Assembly: GCA_002633005.1 (NCBI GenBank)
Contig: NMRA01000047.1
Span: forward strand, 515,407 to 579,406
From: Phoronis australis
Taxonomy: Eukaryota; Animalia; Phoronida
DNA: 64,000 nucleotides
Direction of reading: 5' to 3'
The notes under the pieces were generated by a model. It did not search any database and had not been told where the DNA came from. It saw nothing but the letters and a program-made list of their open reading frames with translations. Shown in pieces: positions 38,601 through 51,200 of this stretch; positions within the stretch are counted from its first letter, which is position 1; every line of letters begins with the position of its first letter. A program made the position numbers and the translations under genes.

Positions 38601-38719
38601 TGAACGAATTCATGTCGCAGATAAAGAGTACCGCTGATCTGATGTCCATGTACGATTCTATTCAAAAGGATGCGTCGTCTTCATCGTCTGCTGAATCCCA
38701 TCTGATGGATACGTCGTGA
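32689..38719 (+). CDS. CAND1: Cullin-associated NEDD8-dissociated protein 1 (HEAT-repeat SCF exchange factor), 1242 aa, 2 coding exons
   Basis: join(32689-33680, 35983-38719), GG|GTAATG...TTACAG|A, phase 2. N-terminus [30 protein letters not shown], internal [13 protein letters not shown] and C-terminal [33 protein letters not shown] (TIP120 domain) are diagnostic. The ORF is intact. Confidence 0.98.
33915..34000. repeat. Perfect 42-bp tandem duplication in the CAND1 intron
   Basis: GCAAAGATACTGGATTGCCTATTTGCCTTCATGATTTACCGT x2. Confidence 0.9.
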
Positions 38720-39846
38720 AGGACAGGACATTAGTGTTTGTCTTGGACTGTGACTGATCCCTGTGTTTGAAGCACGCCACGTGTATTTTGTAAAATGTGT
38801 TCCCTTTGGGAAAGTTTCTATCCACTACCAGTGCTTGTATATCGCTTCGCTATATGGTCCCTAGACTGTAGCCGCTTTAGTAACCGACATTGTTTTGGAA
38901 ATGTGATAAAGCAACTTCAGTAATGCTTCGATTGTTTATACATTGTATTTTGTTTCCAAAGAGCAGTAAACATACATATTGGTCGTTTAATTTTTTCAAT
39001 GAAAATAAATGTTCAGTTACCTGGTACAACGTTAGTTTTACGATCCGCATTCTTCTTTAGTGAAAAGCGAATTTTTGGTGTCCTTACTAACAAAAATATG
39101 AAGATTTTTAAGAGAGGCTCAGCATAATTGCGGTGCTTGACAACAACAGAAGCCGTCTTCCTCCCCCTTGGTTCGCACGGGTGTAGCTAGTAGGCCTAGT
39201 GTCGTTTTCTCAGTATTCTCTTCTTTTCTACTGCATTCCGGTCCTTACCAACACATGTCTTATCTCGTTGACTGTATTTCTTTTCATAAACGGCGTACTT
39301 TCCTCCGAACAATTGCCACTTGGGGTTAACTTGTATCCTCGATGCTTAGAGGGTTTGTGACCACACCGTTAATAATGCGCTTACAAGGAACTCGCGCATT
39401 TCTAAAGACAGGTGGGAATTTTTACCGCTAGTCCTGAGCGGCTTTTACCAGGATCAAACAGAGTGCGGCGCCGGAATCGGATGCGGTTGTGATTACCGCA
39501 TAGTCCTGTGCGACCATGTAAGCATAATTGCCTTGTACATAATGGCGAATTTTCAAAATGCATCAACCAATAATTTTCGTCTAAAAACGAACACCACGGC
39601 GGTATTCACCTAGAAAAAACAACTCAAGTAAGGTTTTCGGTTTTTAAAAGTCCAAGACTAATAAGCTACTAACTACAAACATTGGGTACGATCGAAGATA
39701 AACGACCGAGCGTATCGATACACTCAGTGGATTTACAAACCCTGATCAGAATTAACAATTATTCCACATTATTAGCCTCGAATGGCAGATACAACCGTGT
39801 AATAATTACCCATAAAGTTATCTCGCTAGTGAGATAACATTTTGAC

Positions 39847-39926
39847 GGGAAACCGACGCCGGATTCGAACATGGGCTTCAAGAGTTTCGAGTCGCTGACT
39901 TTAATAGCACTACACCACCCAGCGGC
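39847..39926 (-). mobile_element. tRNA-derived SINE head or tRNA pseudogene
   Basis: Minus strand GCCGCTGGGTGGTGTAGTGCTATTAAAGTCAGCGACTCGAAACTCTTGAAGCCCATGTTCGAATCCGGCGTCGGT has an A-box-like TGGTGTAGTG and a B-box GTTCGAATCC at tRNA spacing, but the stems do not pair properly. Confidence 0.55.
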
Positions 39927-40435
39927 TGTGAAAATAGAATACAGCAATCGCATTTTTAGCAAAGGGCATTGCACCGTCATTTATACACTATGAAAAATAA
40001 GGCGCATAATTTCCATAAAAACGATATTTTAATTCAGTTAAATTTTTCTCCCGTGTTCTCTCGCTTGAAAATCACCGATCTCCAATTTGAATGCGGGTAT
40101 CGTGTCGTCAGGATCCTTTGACTTGAGCATTATAGTCAGTTACTAGTGGTAACCTACTTTAGCAGACGATATTTTCCCGGTCGAAGCTTAGCGTGATAAA
40201 ATGTGTAGTAAGCTATAATAGTTGCTAAACCTTAATTTATAGATTCACTTAATTCTATTTTGTTTTAATTTTCAATTGGTTTTGAGTATAAGCATTATTT
40301 GACAAAAATAGCTCGACTTTTCTTAAAAGGTCACGACCCCCGGGCCTCTGACATAGAAAGTAGTTACAAAGCCGAGGCGAATTGAGAAAGATAGATCGAT
40401 TCATTGCAATGTTTTCCTTCAGTATGTGGTATAAA

Positions 40436-40575
40436 TAGATTGTTACGTGTTCTCAGTCGTTTTCCCCCTTATCTAGAGCCCTCGTGGATCACCCTCGGGG
40501 CTAAAGCCCCTCGGGCGATAATTCCACTTGGGCTCTAGATAAAGGGGGATAACGACTTCGCCATGTAATTATCTA
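40436..40575. repeat. Palindromic hairpin element of about 140 bp (MITE-like)
   Basis: AGTCGTTTTCCCCCTTATCTAGAGCCC...CCCTCGGGGCTAAAGCCCCTCGGG...GGGCTCTAGATAAAGGGGGATAACGACT folds back on itself. Confidence 0.75.
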
Positions 40576-42271
40576 TATATATCACATGGATTATTTTTTT
40601 TAATATTCTTTCAATCTCGTTTAACCAGATTTTTTACTAGGAAACAGTTGTATTTAACACTCTATATTTTTATGGTTGACAAAAAGCTAGAATAGTTATA
40701 TAGATAGTGCAACCGAAATTGTCCAGGGATTCCAAATCTTTAGTTTAGCTATCACCATTTGCACTTTTGTATATATTTTATGATTTGAGTTGTAATAAAG
40801 ATTAAATTCGAACTAATGACACGTGTACTTTTGTTCGCTGTGAAAAGCTTAGTGTAACTGTAATCTGGAAAGTTCAGTTAAGTTTCGCTGGCGATCAAAA
40901 TCTACCACTGTTTTTGGTACTTCAAGTTTAAAGATAAAATAAAAAGATACATGATCAACCCGTTTCCAGTAAGAAAAAAAAACAAGTAGACGGGAGTATT
41001 AAAAATGAAATAACAAAACCGCTATGAAACATATTTAAAGCCATCGTTCCTTATTTATCCCCTTTGAACTTCACTTTAGATCCACCACTCATCAATACAC
41101 AATTGTATTTGCCAAAACTTCGACGTTTTCTCTCAGTTGCACGTGGGACGCATTATGGGAAGACGCGTGAGCTAGCACGTGTGTCTTCTAGGTATTCGCA
41201 ATGAGCTATATTTATCTCATTGGGTATTCGTGTGTGCTCGTGCGCGTTTTAGACGAAGGAAACACGAGTGATTTGTATTCAGAAAAATGTCTTTAGATGA
41301 AGCATTTCATCCTGTGGAGCGTGAGTTTTTTACATGAAATTGCCTTTTTGCTGATATACTTGTACCAGATCCGCGTCTACATACAGTATTTAAAATCGAT
41401 GGGTTTGGTGAAAGTGTGTCACTTATGTGAAGAGGTCGACTAACACTGGTTGTTATTGGCTCGTAATGGCAGAGATCCAATAGACTTAAAACCAAACCCT
41501 ACAATTGCGTGGCGTAATTAACTCGTTTTTTCTCGGACATAAGGTTATGTAGGACCTTTTACAAATCTGTGTAATTATCCAAATATCTTCAAAACTATAT
41601 ATGTTAACCCAGTAATTATACATGTATTCTGAAAGTTGTCTGTATAATTTGAAAACAACAGTATCAAGAACATGTAATGAGTGAATTTCGTTTGACATAA
41701 ATGTTACAGGTGAAATCTCACAAACCCTGGTACTGTTTTCTAAGTTATCATTTCGTTTTCGTTTGATGCAAATTTTGCTTTGTTTTTTTTTTTTGGATAA
41801 ATCATCAAAGTCACATCTATGTATGCGAAAATGGAACATTTTAAAAACAATTTCTAAATGCGTTTTAGAGAAGAAGGTATAAAACATTTTTTTGACAGTT
41901 TCGTATGAACCCAGTTGTTTGTTTCTGATATATGATTATCCGAAATTAACCAAATTCAGACTTTTTTCTAGGGCCCTACATAGCCTTAATACGTGCGTGT
42001 GACATCATAGCCGTGACCTGAGGTGACCTTCACGCCTTCAGATTCACTCATGCATAATATGCTTTCACTTGTTTTTGAGCCGACATGACACAGAAACAAT
42101 ATTTAAATGACCAACTGTCCGAAATGAAAAAGTAAATAGTAACAAAAATTAATATCTCGTTTTGAACTATGTAGCCTGAAATCGGTGATCTTTATGTTTA
42201 TTAAGGATTTTCTACGCGAGAACATTTGCGCAGAGTAACCGTGTAAACAAATTATTACGATTGCTTTTCAG

Positions 42272-45200
42272 GCAAGTCCGTTTGGAAACAATTTACAGTT
42301 CTTGCATTGATGACCATTTTCGTGAAAAGTGAGTACTCACCAGCAGTTACGATCGTGAAGCATGGGGTGAACTTTGCGCCAATATTGATAGTATTAAAGG
42401 CCTCAGAAATTCCACGGATGCGTAGAGGGTGACAACTTGTGTAATAAACTATATGATTGATATGCAATCAATCTTGAGGAAGAAAAAAAAACCAATAGCT
42501 GTATTTGGATAGAAATACTGTATCAAAACCTAAATCTCGGCCCTATCTATAAGAGGAATCAATTACGTTTTCTTCAGTCACAATGTCAGTCCTGGCAAAA
42601 TCCCTCTAATCGCGCATTGGATACTGGGGCCCGTGTCGCTGCGACATGAATCACGGACCGTTCTTTTCTGTTTTTTTTTCGTGAAGAAATGCGTCTATCA
42701 ATTTAATATCGTAATAATTTCTTGCGCATTGCTTTATCTGTACTGTCGCATCGCATCTTGTTTTCAAGCCGAAACTAACACGAACCGGAAAAGAATAATT
42801 TATATTACCTCAGTGAAAAAGGTGATGAAATAATATCACGCATTGGCTTCTCTTCTAGCAGGATTCACGTGTTCATAACCTTATGCCTTCGTTGTAGGTT
42901 ATCAACAAGGTTGTACTGAACTATGTGACGGGCGACAACTTGTTTTTCCAACTCCGTTTGATTACAGTCGCAACCATTCGTGTTATTCGTCCACTTTAGA
43001 TTGTGAAGGTACATTTGAAGGTTTTGTCTTTCAGAACGACTTCTATGTCAGACTCGTTAAATTGACGCGCTTAAACCCATGGGCTTAAGTGAAATAGTGA
43101 ATTTCTTCGCAACATTTAAGAATGTGACGTTCCCAAATACAAGGTGATGGATTTAGATTAGCATATACTTGTAAGATCATGTTGTTTCGTCGGATGTACC
43201 TGTACATGTATGGCAGCCGAAACTTCATTTCACCAAGTAGAAATCAAACACATTTTATGACATAGCAACAGATTTGGAGAAATTTCATTTCACCAAAATT
43301 TGAGATTTGTTTGACTGCGCGTTTTCAGTGGTACATGTGCATCTACACATATCTTTGATGAAGTTGAAAGACTCCACAATTGTGCCCTTTGTTTGGACTT
43401 GGGACTGTTCCAGAGAACAATGATTGACTGCTAAAAAATCATGGAAATTACATAGCATGAATTTAATACAGGTCCCAATGAAAACGCTGTGGTATGAAAA
43501 TTGTAGACCAAACGATTATAAAAGAGATTGTCTTGTGACATAAAATTAGTTTAGCTGAAAAATGTCTTTGGCTATGAAGGGGGCCTTTGGAAGGCTTTGA
43601 GCATTTGACCAGTGTGAGAGAAGCCAAAAAGCTCTAAAGAAGAAGTTTCTGATTGTTCTCAATAAACATCCAGATAAATCCAAAAACATCGCCATTGACA
43701 GCAGCACTTACCAAACGCTGTACATCAGGTGCGATATATTGGCCTTTAATGTCATATGCGTATTTCAGATTTCAACAAAAAAGCTCCCCCCAGCTTTGGC
43801 GGAAAATGGTGTCCGCCAAACGCATACTACGACGACAAGCGATGCTGGTGTGACTACAAGCCGACTGGAAGTTTTTGCATGTCACCGGGTAAATTAATAC
43901 CATAGCAGCAGTGTCCCTTAAGAAGACAGCACAAGGCTATTTGCATTATGAGATAATTTTCACTATAGAATTTCGTTGAGTAGCAACTTATAATGAAATC
44001 CCTGTGGTACCGACCACTGTTTCACATAGTTCCCCTATTAAAGCATACCTGGCCTGAACGATAAATTAAAGAAAATGTTTTCAGTGACAGCCAGTCCAAG
44101 TTGTGTCCGTATTCCCGTAGCCCTTGATTCTAGGCATGCATAAGAATCGCAAAAGCTCATGTTATGCCTGTTAAAAAATACTTTGTAGAGGCAGTTAAGG
44201 GGGGAGGGGGCATGGAACCCACCTCTCGCCGGCGCTTGACCAGAAAACCGGCATCATGCCGTTTTCAGCGCTAACGCGGACATCTTCCTACGAAAACTGT
44301 AGTAAGGTCTTCCTCGAGGCATTCTATATTCGCGTGTGTTATACTTCTATACACTACTCTTTGCAAGAGTTGTCAACCGCCGGGCACAAACAACCACATG
44401 CGCCTCTTGCCAAACTCCATGAGGTTGCCTTTCAAAGGACTTCAGCTATATTGAGCGCTGCTTTGGGGGATTAAATCAACATTGAAGTATGATAAGAAGG
44501 ATCAGAAGTAGTCGCAAATAATCCACTTCTTAACAGTAGAACAAGAAATGTATAAGGAACGTCATCAGTTTTCCCTGCGAACAACGCATTTCTGTGGAAT
44601 TGTTATTGTTCGACGGAAAAGAGTTTTGAAGGTTTGGCCAGCTACAAAGTTTTTTGTGTTTTGTAATTTTACAAATCGACCATTGTCGCCGTTGTTTGCA
44701 AAACAATGCGCTGAAATCAAATCCGGTTACCATTGTAACAATTTTATTACTGAAGCAGCGATCAATATGATATGGTTTTAATCACTCTGAACAATTTCTA
44801 TCGCGTATTAAGGTATATTATATATATCTTTTTAATTTATACCTCTAATCGATAAGTAGGTCTACACATTGAAATCATTTTGGAAAAAAGCATAATTGTT
44901 TCAGGTCTGTTTCGTTATCCTGAAAACCGAGTCGGCAATTTTTAATTGCTCACTTTCTTCAAAAAAACTTCGTTTGTGATCAAAAATGATGCGGGATGCT
45001 TTATATTGTCACTCATCTCACGGCTGTCGTAAGCCTTTCTTCCCTTGCTTACGGGTTTTTGTGTACCTTTTCAAAAGATCACCATAATTTAGCGGATGGG
45101 CATTCCTTTCTAGTCGGTGAGTGCTGCTGAGTGAAGTCTCAAAATGAATCCTGGTAGAGACCAGAACCAGTTATGCTTTTTTGGCCCTATTTAACCTATT

Positions 45201-48200
45201 GACTGCCAATAAACGTATGCACCGTAAATCAATTCCCTATTTCTACCACGTTTCCATAGTGCAGCCGAGGCAGACGTTATTTTGATTTTTGTAGAGGAAG
45301 AGAGCGCTTGTCGGTCCAAATGCAATGGGACGACATTCACGTTTACCGATATCAATGGCGCAAACGGAACACTTAACTGCATGTACCCTAATGACTGTGA
45401 AGGTAGGACAATTTCGAGAATTCAGTACATGATTTTGGATATGAAATTAGAACACAGTGGAACAGTTCCATTCTAAAGTGTTGTTATAAAACAACCGTTC
45501 TGTGTGTTTATTGTGCGATTTCAATACTGAAAGAGAGATCTTGTCAACACTTCCGTGGTTTTCTTTTTTCGATTGGTCGCACGTCTTTTAAGAGACTAAG
45601 CCACTAATACCGTTTCAGAAAAGGTATTTTTCCACTGAATAACGGGCAACAACTGATTCTCAAAATCTAGCACCTTGTAAGTGGCTATTGTTTTTAAAAC
45701 TGTCGTCGTTATAGGATCTAAAGGATACTAAACCCTGTTTTGATGAATTCAACCAATCCTTACTCTGTCACCAACTAAATGCATCATTGGTGCCAATCTT
45801 GAAAGATAAAAGCAGGCATCATCTAAAAGTCATACTCCCTGTGTCACAAATTGGATAATATAATTCTTGGTGGGTGGTCACGCTTGCCTGTTTAGTAAAC
45901 TTCGAAAGGACTTTTCAGATTTTCCCTTCAAACTTTTGAGGGTTGTCCACGAGGTTTACAGAGCATTATTTTGTTTCAGAGAATTGGATGGGAAAGTCGT
46001 TTTAACCCGGGTTTAGTATCCTTTTAAATATGCGATCAAGCACCAGTACCCATTGATGCACTTAGCATTATCGCCACCTATGACGTAAGATAACGATGCC
46101 GTACCCCTCTCTTGGTCTCCGCCTCTATCCCCGTTGTCACCAATTTTGAAGCCTCTCGGTCGTCATGATTCTTGTGCCGCCATTTACCCCGTCTATCTCC
46201 ACTACATATAAATTTCATATACCGCTCTTTCGTGCCACCAGATTGACGCCCCAATCGTTTGTGCCTACCTTCAGCCTGCTTATTTCGGTCCCTGTCGACG
46301 TTTCCGCCCACCGATCCTCTAGACTGATGTATTGTTGATGAGTTTATGAACTAAGGACGTAATTGAAAACGATACTGAGCTTGTAATATTCTCTCAAGAC
46401 GTCAGTCACACGTGAACACTTTGTTACGAGTTTTCAAAGGCGTTGCAAGTTTTTGAGGACTGACAAAGGGCAGGATTTTGCTCCGAAGGTTAAGTGATCA
46501 AGTCAAAGTTATCATCTGTTTATGGGCTATTTAGTGGAATAATAGAAATGTTTCCCAATATTGCTATAGGTGACGCTGTGACACTAGGATAAAATGTGGT
46601 TCACTCTCATCTTCTGCTTTAGTGTTTTTGAGCAAGGCATCTTGTGCCATTGGCGGTCATCGCTGCGACAGGAACTCGGACTGCGCAATCTCTGGGGAAA
46701 ACAGAACCTGTGAGTGTATCCCTGGCACAAAGATGGTGAATGCGACTTGTCAAGGCAAGCAGAGAGGGCTTAATGTTTATCGAGGCAGGCGCAGACCTAG
46801 GATCATGGTCAGATGAGGCCAATGATAGGCATAGGGGGCCCATAATTTCTGCTCCGTGGATCAACATCTGCACCGTCGCTTGTGTGGCTCTGTCACTGAT
46901 CATCAGTCGACAGTGCTTGGTTAATTTTATCACCATGAGGCCAGGACCAAATGATTTGCATGTACTATTTCTAGAAATAATAAAATGTGGTTGTTGATCT
47001 ATCCAGGAAATTTTGTTGCAAATCGAATTGAAACTGGTATGCTGGACAATGTAACATTAAACTCCTAGAAGTGTCGTCTGCTTGGGACAAGAGTATAGGT
47101 GAAGTTGGTAACCAGACGAGATCTCGTGAAAAAGCAAGAGATGACAGTTCCCGTCAACCCCCAGGCGTGATGCCTCCGAGATTCTGAGTATTGTCAATCA
47201 GACCAGCATCAATTCGATTTACAATATTTCTAGAAATGTTTAAAAATTTCAACGTTACACTGTGTGCACAACAAAGGTCGTACGCCTTGACGTAGCTAAG
47301 AGAGAGTCATAGATACATTATTGTGAACGCGATGATACGTTTTCTTTTGGAACCGAAGTCGTTGCAACTAACCTTAAAATGATATTTTTTACGACCGCCT
47401 TTACAAATCACGTTAGTGAACTCAATGCAAATTAAAGTCGAAGTCACTACCGTTTTAGCTAAGATAGGATAATCTGTTGAAAAAGCTAAAAAGGTCACAC
47501 ACATAGTCTTGCATTTAAGCTAGACAAAAGTTGCATGCTGCTTATCATAAACCCCGTATGCTGGGACGTTTTCCTCATCTCGTCAGTTGAAATTCCATAA
47601 GTTTTCGTCATTTTACATTAGTTGTCCCCTTTTACTTGCATTTAGCCCTTATCCTAACACTGTACTTACGTGACAAATGTCTTTCTCTTCAAGACATTTT
47701 GTCAAATCGTCATTCCCATTTCCCCTGAGTCCCACCTTTCCCCCATTCTACTTATACTTGTTAAAATGCTAGCGCTTCAGTTGTTCAACAACTTACTAAC
47801 ATGTACACCTTTCAGAATACAGTTGCGTAGATGGTGGGACTTCCTGCAATCAATCGGAGACGTGTTTCAGGGATAACAGAACTTGCTTATGTAGTCAAGA
47901 TCGCGAGCGACACGATGGCACTTGCAAAGGTAGTCATAGCTAGTTCTAAAAATAGTTTAAATACTGTCTTGAAGATAATCTGGTCGATGGAAAATCCTTT
48001 ATCCTAGCAAATTTGGTTACCTTATTAGCGTTTCAGTGTACACTGTTGTCCTTTGTCTTTAGTAAGAACTGTAAACAGATGACGTTAGCTTATGAACAAT
48101 TGTTTAATACTGGCCACCAACTTCAGCAGAACGCACTCCAAGGATTCTGGTCAAGATGACCATCTGACCAATGTTCTAATCAGGTAACCAAGCCAGGGGT

Positions 48201-51200
48201 GGAGTCTCCATTCCATGTAGAGGTCCATGCTGGATATTAGCCTTTGGCTAAAGCATGTTTTATATTTCATTACTATTACTATTAAGTTCATTACTATTAC
48301 TATTACTATTACTATTATTATTATTATTAATTACGCATTAATGAGAACCAAACTGTGCACTGACAAATGGTAACTAGGTTTTACCTTGAACACAAATACT
48401 TCCAGTATTGTTAGCCTACTAATGTAACGTTAATATTCTCAGATGCTTGCGAGATAGCCAATGTTACTTGCCCACCAAACATGCTTTGTAATGGGACGAC
48501 TGCCACATGTAAATGCTCCGAGGACCAGATTAGCTTTGATGGCTCGTGTCAACGTGAGTTTTGATATTTTGTATCTTTAAAAAACTAAGACTGTGAATTG
48601 ATCGTGGAGAAAATTATTGTCCCAAATAGATACTTACAACATGCATGTGTGTGCCACCATTGGAACGGGTTCATGTAAGGACGACTACGTGTAGTTAACA
48701 TCCAGTAGTGACGTCCTCTGTAGGACATGCATCCATAGATTTAATTCTTACGCTCTTATGGTGATGTATTCTTTTGTCTTTCTACTTTTAGCACAGAATA
48801 ATGTTTCCTGCGAGAATGGCGGATCGAAGTGTGACTCACAATTCGTTTGCATATTTGGATATTGTGTTCGTAAGTTGACAGTGAGAAATACAATCACAGC
48901 ACCAATGCACACTGTGCTGTAGGTGTGGTTGAAAAATTGATCTATTTTCTTGCAATTCAAAAGCTTGCACTTCGCCAGCAGTTCTCTGGAGCTTACAAGC
49001 TTATCCGAACAAAATGATGATCACCGAAGTGACTGGTCGATGTGGTTGGGGTGTTGAATTGAAGGACTCAATTCACTGTTTTCATTCCATAAGGGAAGAC
49101 TTCGCCGTAGTTGCAAGCTAATGTCTTGAGGAACTCAGCCCTGAACTAGACGTGCAAACAGACAAGCATCAGTGGCAACAGCAGCAGTCCCGACAGCTTC
49201 CTACCGAATTTTGTTTTTCTACCCACCATTCCCATAAATTGTATGCCTTTCATTGGATTTTACTTGTTCGCTTTAAACACGGTGTTTTGTAATTAAATAG
49301 TTTTCATTCATGTGACATCAATTGAGCAAAACTTGTAATTGATTACTTTCTGAACGTGACCTAACTTTGTGACGGCTTGACCGTCCAAAATCTAAGTATC
49401 GCTCTACGCAGTACGTTCAGTTGTTTTCTGTTCTCATGATACAGCCTACATTTGTCGTCTGATCGGGTCGAAAGGAAAAAAATCATTGATAGCTTGAGGT
49501 CTGTTTTTTGTTGAAATCGGTTACAAGATGGCATTGCAACGGCCATTTTTAAATTTTCGCTTGAGTCCTGGTTCTTTGAAAGATTGTTGGTATGCAAATA
49601 GATCTCGTCAATAGCTATCTGGAATATGCCATCGCTAAGACTTTCAGTGTTCGAGTTACTCAAGATTTTCCAAAGATTCATATTTTGTTGGTTGATTTCT
49701 CGTGCCATATTTTCGGAATTTTTGTATTTTGTATGTGGATAGGTCTCATCAAACACTATCTACACCATAGCATCCGTTTCTCGCTCAGTCGACTTACTTT
49801 TCTCGAGAAATAGTGATTTACTGATCTGATGACTTTTTTAAAGGCCGGCGATTTCTCACTGCATAATTTTGTTGGTCTATCACACGAGCGCTGCAGCTCG
49901 TTCTATATGTCTGATAGACATGAAACTTACATACAACGTCAGCTTTGTAAAAAGCTCGAGCACTATTGAATAATCGTTTGCTCAACTCTAACTCTGTGGT
50001 CCTTGGGGGAAATTGTTTGAAAATCGATGCGTACATGTAGAAAGTCCTTGTCAATGTATATCTGAGTTGCTCCACCCGTCCGTTTCTGGATACAACTTAT
50101 CATTCTGGATTCAAGATTTTCCTATGGCTTCTCTTTCATTGGTTGGACTGTTAACGGTATCCCTTGATGGATATTTCTGAAATTTGTTATTTGGATGTAT
50201 CTCATCTAGCGCTTTCGGCAATGTGGCGTCCGTTTATCGTGCTCTGTTTATACGAGATTTGATGACCTGATGACTGCTCTTCATTGACCGATTTCTCACT
50301 ACCTTTTGTTGGTCTAGCACACGCACGCTACCGATCACTTTTGGACCAATCTACATGGAATTTTCATTCAACATGTAAAAAGGGTGAGAACCGTGAGATC
50401 TATTGCTTTTTGGGTGAAATCGAACGAAAGACGGCCCTTTGACGACCATTTTTCGAATAATACGTTCTATCTCCACAGCCATTAGTTGATTTCTTGTGCC
50501 GTATCTCCGGTGTCCCTTGACAGGCCTTTCTCTTGAAATAATATGTTTTGATGGTTTCATGTCCTTGATTTTTGTGCATGTGTCAATATTGTCATCAGTT
50601 TTGTAGTCGATGCCGTTATCTTTCTTTGATTTTATTGTCCGTATTACTCATTGGCGGCACTGTCGCTGTTATTGGGTGTCGATGTCGTGGTTTCCAAAGG
50701 CGCCTTCTGCCTTTTAAAAGGTGACCTGTTCGTTGTCGTCAAAGGAGACGCTGCTCTCACCGTCACTTATATACTCAGAGTTCCTTATTCGGTCGATGTC
50801 GCTATGTGGCACTTGGCATTTTTAATCAGACGTTAATGTTTGCACCAAACATCAGAGGACATTGAGATGATATCAGTTTTTGGTCATAACAAAAAAAAAA
50901 CGAGAAAGCCTTTCACGAGATCATTCATATTTTGATATATTAATGTATACACCGTGTATTAGTTGTGTAAGTCAATGATATGCTTCAAAATGTTTGACTG
51001 TGCATTTATTTGTCTATCGAAATATGACTGTTCTCGTGAAAAGTTCTATTTTTATTAAGCTAAGACACGTGTGTTCATGAATAATTTGAGTGTCTCTCAA
51101 CTGTCTCCTTTTCGTCGGTGCCTAATTTTTCCATCCTGCGACGTCATGTTCCAGCCTTAGACCAAGCCGCTTGTGAGGAAGGAGGCCAATTGTGTCCCCC

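Noticed and set aside
32634-38665. Multiple antisense ORFs overlapping CAND1
   Set aside because: Shadow ORFs of a long coding exon with no recognisable motifs.
39847-39926. Functional tRNA-Arg(TCG) gene
   Set aside because: A and B boxes are present, but the acceptor, anticodon and T stems do not pair, so I called it a SINE head or pseudogene.
46081-46404. TGACGT...ACGTCA-bounded segment resembling a solo LTR
   Set aside because: No target-site duplication and no second copy in the window.
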